39,326 nucleotides of DNA, taken from positions 1 through 39,326 of the forward strand of contig JAGXSW010000068.1 of assembly GCA_018333715.1 (NCBI GenBank), written 5' to 3'. Both the position numbers and the translations under genes were made by a program. How positions within the stretch are numbered: the first letter of the stretch is position 1; each line of letters opens with the position of its first letter. The notes under the pieces are model-generated. The model did no database searches and was not told the origin of the DNA. It was given only the letters and a program-made list of their open reading frames with translations. This DNA comes from Syntrophaceae bacterium. Its GTDB lineage: Bacteria > Desulfobacterota > BSN033 > UBA1163. Positions 26,812 through 33,926 of this stretch are shown here, one piece after another.

Positions 26812-28188
26812 CGTCTCAAGCTTCTATTTTAGTGGTCGATGACGAACCCAATTCTCTTTTCGGAATATGCGAGGTTCTCAACGATGAGGGTTTTAATGTC
26901 CTTCCGGCCGGAAACGGGAGAGAAGCGTTGGGGTTGCTCCATGTGAATCCCATCAATGTGATCGTGACCGACGAGAAGATGCCTGACTTGAGCGGCATGC
27001 AGTTCCTCGCCGAAGTAAAGAAGAACCATCCAGACATTCCGGTGATCCTCATCACGGCTTACGGGTCCGTTTCGATGGCGGTTGAAAGCCTCAAGCAAGG
27101 GGCGTTCTATTTCTTTGAAAAACCGATTTTCAATAATTTAGAGAGATTTGTCACCATCATCCGGCAGGCCGTCAAAACTCAGGAGATGGAGAAAGAAATC
27201 AACTCTCTAAGAAGAGAAGTGACTGAAAAATATTCTTTCCCAAATGTCATCGGGAATCACCCCAAAATGATTGAGATTTTTGAGACCATTGGAAAGGTAT
27301 CCAGGACCGATGCGACCATTCTCATTCAGGGGGAGAGCGGGACCGGGAAAGACATCATTGCAAAAAACGATCCATTACAATAGTTCGAGACGGGAAAAAC
27401 CGCTGGTAACCGTCAATTGTGGAGCGCTCACGGAAAGCCTTCTCACGACGGAATTATTTGGCCACACAAGGGGAGCGTTTACAGGCGCGGTCAAGGATAC
27501 GATCGGACGCTTTCAGGCAGCCCATGAAGGGAGCTTGATCTTGGATGAAATCAGTGAAATTCCAGTCAATCTTCAAAAAAACCTTTTAAGAGTGATCGAA
27601 GAAAAGGAGTTTGAAAGGGTGGGGGATTCGAGGTCGACCAAGGTCGATGTTCGAATCATCTCCACAACCAACCGAAACCTTAGGGAAGAGGTGGTCAAAG
27701 GTAATTTCAGGGAAGATCTTTATTATCGATTGGGCATCGTTCCAATAACTCTCCCCCCCTTAAGGGAGCGCCTCTCAGACCTCCCATTGCTGGTCAACCA
27801 TTTTCTTAAGAAGTTCCAGAAAGGCAAGGTTCCGTTAAAAATTGAGCCGGAAGCAATCGAGCGTCTCAAGACATTTTCCTGGCCTGGAAATGTCAGGGAA
27901 TTGGCCAATGTGGTTCAGCAGATGGCGGTTTTCTGTCGAAATCATATCATCAGGGTTGATGACCTTCCTTCCCACCTTCTTCTCAATGCGGAAGATGTCC
28001 TGGCTGGGGAAAAGGGGAAGGTTGACTTAATGAAGAGGGTAGGAAATCTTGAGAAAAAAACAATTCTTGCTAAATTGAAAGAGACCAACTGGAATCAAGA
28101 GAAGACAGCAGAACTGCTTGGAATAACAAGGAAAATGCTGTCGAATCGAATCGATAAATATCATCTCAAGCCATTAAAAAAGAGGTGA
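26808..28188 (+). pseudogene. NtrC-family sigma-54-dependent response regulator (REC-AAA+-HTH) with the frame broken at an A6 run
   Basis: - ORF 26808-27383 ends GESGTGKDIIAKNDPLQ*.
- The +1 frame continues KTIHYNSSRREKPLVTVNCGA...GAFTGA...Fis-type HTH.
- Deleting one A at 27362-27367 restores GKDIIAKTIHY. Confidence 0.85.
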
Positions 28189-28213
28189 TCTTCGTGTTTG
28201 GGCAATAGTCAAT

Positions 28214-28362
28214 GGGTTAAGGTTACGGTTACGAAGCCCGTAACGTACAATGAACGATGGACAACGAACATCCGTAATAATGGAAGATTGGAATAATGGA
28301 ATGTTGGGTAAAACTAAAAGATAACTTCTCCTTACCCATTATTCCACTATTCCATCATTCCA
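28214..28362. repeat. uninterrupted composite repeat (family C core, CAATGAACGATGGACAA module and family B hairpin): the empty-site reference
   Basis: Contains both intact MITE target heptamers, AAGATTG at 28284-28290 and GAATGTT at 28299-28305. Confidence 0.85.
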
Positions 28363-28378
28363 CTTGAGGATATAATCT

Positions 28379-29293
28379 ATGGACTCTCACTGGATTCTTC
28401 TGATCGATCCCTTTAAAAATCTCTTGAACACCTACCGGATGATTTTGGAGGAGGAAAATTATTGTATTGATACAGCCCTTAATACGAAAGACGCCCGCTC
28501 TCTTTTTGATATAAGGCCATACTCGGCTATCCTTATGGAATATATCCCGCCCCTTGAGCATTTGCAGGAACTGATCCGGTGGATGAAAGAAAAGTCTCCT
28601 GAAATCTATATCCTGATGGTGACGAATGCGGTGGTGGACGAAACCACCTATGAGAAACTTTTTGAGATAGGGGTCGATGACTTCATTCTGAAACCCTATG
28701 CCCCTCAAAAAATCATCATCCGTATTAAAAAGGGGTTGAAGCAAAGAGAGATGATCGTAAAGGTCAACCAATTAGAAAGATTGAACCTCCTTGATCCCAT
28801 CGCAAGAAATATTGAGGAATTGATATTCAGCAAAATATTTTTAAAAAGATGTCTTCGACAGGAATTAAAGAAATCGAGACGGCACTGCCATCCTTTCTCG
28901 ATTCTCCTCATGCAAATCCCGGCGAAGGAAAAGGGCGGGGAACAATATGACCATTTTTATGGCGAACTTGCAAGGAGGATTAGAAAATTTATAAGGGAAG
29001 AGGATCTCATGATAAAGAATAATGGGGAGATTGTTCTCCTCCTTCCTGATACCAACCAGATGGGTTCCCAAGCCTTGAGGGGGAGGCTTTCAAATTTAAT
29101 TCGAAATGATCCCTCATGGATATCTGACGATCTCCTAAGTGCGATGCTTCAAGCCTCATCATTTCAATGTTTTACCTATCCTGACCAGTTTGATCTTCCA
29201 GAACCCCTCAGAGGCGTAGTTCAAGAGATGCAGAAGGAATTGTCCCTCAATAGTTCCTCCTTTTTGCTCCAGAACCGAAACTCCTCGAAATGA
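28379..29293 (+). CDS. atypical receiver domain fused to a degenerate GGDEF domain that retains an RxxD I-site
   Basis: - REC-like with E at the phospho-acceptor position (ILMEY) and only one acidic residue in LLIDPF.
- The GGDEF fold is traceable (DPIARN...SILLMQIP...GELARRI...LLLPDT).
- The active site is NGEIV in place of GG(D/E)EF.
- REED sits in register with the PleD RxxD I-site, four residues ahead of the GG-equivalent position. Confidence 0.75.
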   Translation: MDSHWILLIDPFKNLLNTYRMILEEENYCIDTALNTKDARSLFDIRPYSAILMEYIPPLEHLQELIRWMKEKSPEIYILMVTNAVVDETTYEKLFEIGVDDFILKPYAPQKIIIRIKKGLKQREMIVKVNQLERLNLLDPIARNIEELIFSKIFLKRCLRQELKKSRRHCHPFSILLMQIPAKEKGGEQYDHFYGELARRIRKFIREEDLMIKNNGEIVLLLPDTNQMGSQALRGRLSNLIRNDPSWISDDLLSAMLQASSFQCFTYPDQFDLPEPLRGVVQEMQKELSLNSSSFLLQNRNSSK

Positions 29294-29446
29294 TTCAAAT
29301 TAATTCTCTCCCATGTGCCATTTGGCTCACAAAAAGCGCCAAATGGTTGATCTGGACACTTATCGAAATATTTCTCCAAAACTTTCTCTCAACAATCATC
29401 AACCAATTCGATAGATTACAAAGTTTTCAGGAGAAGCCAATAGATT

Positions 29447-29460
29447 GGTATAATTATTGC
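29447..29460 (+). promoter_or_regulatory. weak candidate sigma-54 promoter TGGTAT-AATTA-TTGC
   Basis: Correct GG-N10-GC spacing and a TTGCT -12 element, but a poor -24 element in an AT-rich context. About 250 nt upstream of 29706. Confidence 0.25.
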
Positions 29461-29514
29461 TATATAATGCGAAACTGAGGTCAATTGGTAAAGGTTACGT
29501 TCAAAGACTTAAAA

Positions 29515-29660
29515 CACTAGTGTACTGTTACAGTAATCACTTTACAATCTTGTCATTCCGGACTTGATCCGGAATCCAGTCTTTTCTATCTGGATTCCCG
29601 CTTTCGCGGGAATGACATTTCTAGGGTTATTGTAAAGCTGTTATTGAAACACTACACTAG
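29515..29660. mobile_element. MITE-like element sharing family A inner hairpin modules but with different termini
   Basis: Termini CACTAGTGTA...TACACTAG. Inner GTCATTCCGGACTTGATCCGGAATCCAG and CTGGATTCCCGCTTTCGCGGGAATGAC. Confidence 0.7.
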
Positions 29661-29705
29661 CCAGATATAGGCCTTTCCACCGTTCAACTTAACCTTTTTC
29701 CACCC

Positions 29706-30107
29706 ATGTCAAAAGAAACCATTCTCATCCTCAATAAAGAACGTGGGGATTCCTCTCATCTAAAAACCTTTTTAGAAAAAGAGAAATATATTGTGCTCCC
29801 GGTCAATACCATTGATAGGCTATTAACCAATTTCCAGGAATTCGAAGTTTCAGGGGTCATTGTTGATCTTAATGCGGATCATCTTTACCTTTCTGAAATC
29901 ATTAAAAAAATAAGGGAAAGGTTCCCCAAACTCTATGTCATGATGATGGCGGATGGGAAGATTGGCGAAAAGGAGCATCAGAAGGTGATCGAGACAGGGG
30001 TTTATGATTTCTTTGTCAAGCCGATGCCTTTCGAAAAAATCCTTTTTCACCTTAAAAGCGGATTGAAACAACGCAAGAAATATCTTCAAAAAAGAGCGGA
30101 AAGCTAA
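29706..30107 (+). CDS. single-domain atypical receiver protein
   Basis: REC fold with NKE replacing the DD acidic pair and M at the T/S position. D (VIVDLN) and K (FFVKP) are retained. The tail GLKQRK is paralogous to that of 28379. Confidence 0.7.
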   Translation: MSKETILILNKERGDSSHLKTFLEKEKYIVLPVNTIDRLLTNFQEFEVSGVIVDLNADHLYLSEIIKKIRERFPKLYVMMMADGKIGEKEHQKVIETGVYDFFVKPMPFEKILFHLKSGLKQRKKYLQKRAES

Positions 30108-30147
30108 TCCAGTCAGATTGTTTAAAAAGTGATGGAGGAGTGAAATT

Positions 30148-31809
30148 ATGGAACTGAATACCCTGTCTAAGACATTTGAAAAAATCCCGGAAAGTTCCTT
30201 TTTCATGAACAAAGGCAATCGGGCATTCGGCCTCTTCGAGAAGGTTCAGGGGGCGATGCGTCATGTGCCTGATTTTGGTGAAACCTGCATGGCCATTTTG
30301 GATGTTGTGATCGAGGAGACCGATGCCGAAAACTGCTCACTGATGTTGAAAGATCCCGTTTCCGGATATCTCGTGGTTCGTTCAGCCCGAGGGAAGGGTG
30401 AAAAAAAGAGTGTTTTTTACCCCGAACAGCCTGGAAATGGAGAAAGATTTAGATCCGGAGATGGCATTGCGGGGAAAGTTCTCAAAGAAGGACAGGCCAT
30501 CATGCTGAATGATGTGAAAAAAGAGCCCCATTTCTTAAAGGCAGATGGCTTGAGCGAAAAAGTAAATTCCCTGATCTGTTTTCCCATCCGGGAAGAGGAT
30601 CAAGTCGTGGGAGTATTTAACATCAGCCATTCCCAAAGAGGAGCCTTCAACGAAGGAGACAAATGGGCGCTATCCTATATCTCCAACCAGGTCGGAAGGG
30701 CTCTCACCTCCTCACGGTTCTTTTTAGAGATAAAGGAAATAAACCGTTTAATGAAGCAGTCTGAAAAGCCTTCGCCTGCCGCCCCTCCCGCCTTTGTGGA
30801 AGTCGGCGAAATGACTCGTGAGAACGGGATTTTTATCTATGCAAGTGAAAAAATGCATCGAATTAAAGAACTGATTGATCAAGTTGCCGATACAGACGTG
30901 ACGGTCTTGATCCAGGGGGAGAGCGGCGTTGGAAAAGAGGTGGTTGCCCGCTCGATCCATCTCAATTCTTTTCGGAAAGAAAAGCCGTTTGTCAAAGTGA
31001 ATTGCGCCGCTCTTCCGCAAGAACTTCTGGAAAGTGAACTGTTTGGCTATGAGAAGGGCGCCTTTACGGGGGCTTACCGGCAGAAACCGGGGAAATTTGA
31101 ACTTGCCCAAGCCGGTACGATCTTTTTAGACGAGATCTCAGAGATGAGCCCTTTTCTCCAGGGCAAGCTTTTACAAGTGCTTCAGGACAGAGAATTCTCA
31201 AGATTGGGAGGGAAGAAAGATATATGGGTGGATGTTCGGGTCTTGGCTGCTACAAATAAAAATATCGAAGAAATGGTAAACCATCAACGATTTCGTGAAG
31301 ATCTCTATTATCGTCTCAATGTCGTCAACGTTACCCTTCCTCCCCTGAGGGAGAGGAAGGAGGAAATTCCCGTTTTTATCGAATATTTTTTGGATAAATT
31401 CAGCAAAAAATACCAGAAAAAGGCACACCCATTATCGAGCAAGATCATGAGGATTTTTAAACAACATCGTTGGCTGGGAAATGTTCGTGAACTGGAGAAT
31501 GTCGTTCAGCGTTACGTGATTCTTGAAAACGAAAAGATGATTATGGATGAATTAACTCATGGGATCATCGAGAATGCGACCATCGAAAAAGAACGGTCCC
31601 TCGCCCATTCCAAAGCCTGGCCTTCATTGAAAGATGCCTATAGAGAAGCCACGATCAAAGCGGAATCCGAATCCATTCTCAAGGCATTGCAGATAACGAA
31701 CTGGAATAGAAAAAGAGCAGCCCAACTCCTCAATATAAGCTATAAAGCGCTCCTTTATAAGATTAAAGATAGTGGCCTTGATAAGCTCATTCTCCCTATG
31801 ACGGCTTAA
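30148..31809 (+). CDS. GAF-domain sigma-54-dependent transcriptional activator
   Basis: N-terminal GAF-like domain ([18 protein letters not shown]), Walker [25 protein letters not shown]-terminal Fis-type [22 protein letters not shown]. Confidence 0.9.
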   Translation: MELNTLSKTFEKIPESSFFMNKGNRAFGLFEKVQGAMRHVPDFGETCMAILDVVIEETDAENCSLMLKDPVSGYLVVRSARGKGEKKSVFYPEQPGNGERFRSGDGIAGKVLKEGQAIMLNDVKKEPHFLKADGLSEKVNSLICFPIREEDQVVGVFNISHSQRGAFNEGDKWALSYISNQVGRALTSSRFFLEIKEINRLMKQSEKPSPAAPPAFVEVGEMTRENGIFIYASEKMHRIKELIDQVADTDVTVLIQGESGVGKEVVARSIHLNSFRKEKPFVKVNCAALPQELLESELFGYEKGAFTGAYRQKPGKFELAQAGTIFLDEISEMSPFLQGKLLQVLQDREFSRLGGKKDIWVDVRVLAATNKNIEEMVNHQRFREDLYYRLNVVNVTLPPLRERKEEIPVFIEYFLDKFSKKYQKKAHPLSSKIMRIFKQHRWLGNVRELENVVQRYVILENEKMIMDELTHGIIENATIEKERSLAHSKAWPSLKDAYREATIKAESESILKALQITNWNRKRAAQLLNISYKALLYKIKDSGLDKLILPMTA

Positions 31810-31841
31810 ATTTTCATATCATATTAAGGAGTTGAATGGTG

Positions 31842-31987
31842 ATGGTCTCGTAAAAAGTCGAAAAATCATAATAATCGTCATTCCCCGACTTGATCGGGAA
31901 ATCCAGTAATCTCAGGCACTTATGAAAATACTGGACACCGGTTTTTCCCGCGTTTCGCGGGATGAGACGACTTTTTATGAGACCATC
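31842..31987. mobile_element. MITE family A copy (inverted orientation) with a perfect 7-bp target-site duplication AATGGTG
   Basis: ATGGTCTCGTAAAAAGTC...GACTTTTTATGAGACCATC. AATGGTG at 31835-31841 and 31988-31994. Confidence 0.9.
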
Positions 31988-32068
31988 AATGGTGGTTATA
32001 ATAAAAATCAAAAAAGAATATCTTTTGAAAAGAGAACTCCCCGTTTTTTTTCGATGGTAAAGGGCAAT

Positions 32069-32126
32069 AAGTGGTAACGATTTGCCACATTTTCCCGAAT
32101 CGTTACCACTTTTTTATTTTTTTTTT
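32069..32126 (+). terminator. rho-independent terminator (14-bp stem plus long T-run)
   Basis: AAGTGGTAACGATT-N14-AATCGTTACCACTT followed by TTTTTATTTTTTTTTT. Confidence 0.75.
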
Positions 32127-32213
32127 AAAAAAATGTGATTTGTTTCAACTTTTAAGCAAAGAAATTTATATAGTTACAAAAGGTTAGAAGATTAGCGATA
32201 AATTATTTTTGCT

Positions 32214-32228
32214 TGGCACTTTAATTGC
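32214..32228 (+). promoter_or_regulatory. sigma-54 promoter TGGCAC-TTTAA-TTGC
   Basis: Exact consensus. ATG 32246 lies 17 nt after the GC. Confidence 0.8.
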
Positions 32229-32245
32229 TCTTCAATTTAATTGTT

Positions 32246-33301
32246 ATGAATAACTTTTCTAAAATTATTTTTTCTAATAGTTTAAAGATGAAAAAGGTCA
32301 AAACCATTATTGATCAAATCGCACAGACCGATATCACGGTTTTAATAAAAGGCGAAAGCGGAACGGGGAAGGAATTGATAGCCAGGACGATTCACGATGT
32401 TTCTCCGAGGGCAAAAAACAATTTTATAAAACTGAATTGCGCTGCCATTCCTAAAAGCCTCATTGAAAGCGAGTTTTTTGGGTTTGAAAAAGGGGCCTTT
32501 ACAGGAGCCCACCTCAAGAAGCCGGGGAAGTTCGAATTAGCCCATGGGGGAACAATATTGCTAAATGACATCGGTGAGATAGACATTTCGATCCAGGGCA
32601 AACTTCTCCAGGTCCTCCAGGATGGAAAATTTTCCCGATTGGGAGGAGAGGGGGATGTCCTGATCGATGCCCGGATCATCGTCACCACTAAAAATCATTT
32701 GGAAAGATCTATGATGGAAGGGCTTTTCCGTGAGGACCTTTTCTACAGGATTAATATCATCAGCATCACGGTTCCTCCCCTAAGAGAACGGAAGGAACAG
32801 ATCCTTCCGCTTACCGAATATTTTTTCAATTTTTTTAAAGAGAAATATAGAAGGGATGTCCCCTCCCTCTCGCCGAAAGCCACCAGGATATTCAAAGAAT
32901 ACCTTTGGCCGGGAAACATCCGGGAATTAGAGAACGTCGTCAAGCGGATGGTCGTCACATCGGATGAAAAGGCGGTCATTCAAATGCTTCTCGGAAAAAA
33001 GGAGAATGGCGAGATCGTCGTCGAATCCTTAAGGCCCAACGGCATCGGAGAACCGCTCCTCAATTTGAAGGAAGTGGGAAGAAAAGCGGGTGAAGAAGCG
33101 GAGAAAGATCTCATTCATGCCACCCTCCATGAGACCCATTGGAATCGAAAGGAGGCGGCCGAATTGCTCCGTACCAGTTACAAGGCGTTGCTCTATAAAA
33201 TTGAGAAATACCATTTGAATAATGGGAGGGAGTATCAGGGAAAGGGAGAGATGGCCGGTTCAATCACTGAACCCATCTCAAACAGGACTGGAGGAAAGTG
33301 A
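32246..33301 (+). CDS. sensorless sigma-54 activator (AAA+ plus HTH only)
   Basis: The AAA+ domain begins within about 20 aa of the start (KKVKTIIDQIAQTDITVLIKGESGTGKE). GAFTGA is present, with [22 protein letters not shown]. No REC, GAF or PAS domain. Confidence 0.88.
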   Translation: MNNFSKIIFSNSLKMKKVKTIIDQIAQTDITVLIKGESGTGKELIARTIHDVSPRAKNNFIKLNCAAIPKSLIESEFFGFEKGAFTGAHLKKPGKFELAHGGTILLNDIGEIDISIQGKLLQVLQDGKFSRLGGEGDVLIDARIIVTTKNHLERSMMEGLFREDLFYRINIISITVPPLRERKEQILPLTEYFFNFFKEKYRRDVPSLSPKATRIFKEYLWPGNIRELENVVKRMVVTSDEKAVIQMLLGKKENGEIVVESLRPNGIGEPLLNLKEVGRKAGEEAEKDLIHATLHETHWNRKEAAELLRTSYKALLYKIEKYHLNNGREYQGKGEMAGSITEPISNRTGGK

Positions 33302-33918
33302 TGGAAAAATTAATGTCCTTTGGAATCATTGGGATAGCCATCCTTTTGATCTATTATTCAGCGGCTTACCCTCAAACAGAGAAAGAGGGCCTGTTAAAAA
33401 AACAGCTCCAGGCTGAGGTGGTTGCTGATAGTGAAAATTATATCATCGGGTCGGAGGATATCCTTTACATCCATGTATGGAGGGAGGATGCATTATCAAG
33501 ATCCGTTCCGGTGAGAGTGGATGGATATATTTCCTTGCCCCTCATTCACGAAGTGAAGGCAGCCGGCCTTACGCCTCTTCAATTAAAAGAGGAAATAACT
33601 AAAAAATTAAAGGAGTTTATTGAGAGCCCCAATGTTTCTGTCACCGTGATGGAAGCCAATAGTTTCAAGGTTTTTGTTTCAGGGCAAGTCAGGACCCCGG
33701 GGGTCATACGGCTTCGAAGCGAAACCACCATCCTTCAATTGATTCCCATGGTGGGGGGGTTCACAGACTGGGCCAACCAGAAGAAGATTCTGATCATTCG
33801 AAAAGAAGACGGAAAAGAGAAGCGTATTACGATTAACTACAAACGGATTGTTGATGGAAAGGATTTGAATTCAAATATCATTCTAAAATCGGGCGACACT
33901 ATTATCGTCCCGGATTAA
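33301..33918 (+). CDS. polysaccharide export protein (Wza/Poly_export plus SLBB; PEP-CTERM-locus type)
   Basis: YIIGSEDILYIHVW...VRVDGYISLPLI..V.AAGLTPLQL...V.V.EANSFKVFVSGQVRTPG...LKSGDTIIVP. The ATG overlaps the upstream TGA (GTGATGG) behind GGAGGAAAG. Confidence 0.9.
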   Translation: MEKLMSFGIIGIAILLIYYSAAYPQTEKEGLLKKQLQAEVVADSENYIIGSEDILYIHVWREDALSRSVPVRVDGYISLPLIHEVKAAGLTPLQLKEEITKKLKEFIESPNVSVTVMEANSFKVFVSGQVRTPGVIRLRSETTILQLIPMVGGFTDWANQKKILIIRKEDGKEKRITINYKRIVDGKDLNSNIILKSGDTIIVPD

Positions 33919-33926
33919 GAGGTGAT

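Noticed and set aside
27360-27368. Programmed -1 ribosomal frameshift at the A-AAA-AAC heptamer
   Set aside because: The downstream frame is +1 relative to the upstream frame, so a -1 slip would not restore the protein. A simple A-run indel or sequencing error is more parsimonious.
29290-29478. 62-aa ORF after the REC-GGDEF gene
   Set aside because: No RBS, an AT-rich hydrophobic and odd composition, and overlap with candidate promoter-like sequences. Insufficient support.
12962-29660. CRISPR array
   Set aside because: The repeats are palindromic and of several different families. They are irregularly spaced in separate intergenic regions and lack unique spacers of uniform length. No cas genes are present.
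31814-32011. 65-aa minus-strand ORF (…STFYETITIQ…)
   Set aside because: It is a read-through of the MITE at 31842-31987. The FYETI-type peptide recurs wherever the repeat occurs.
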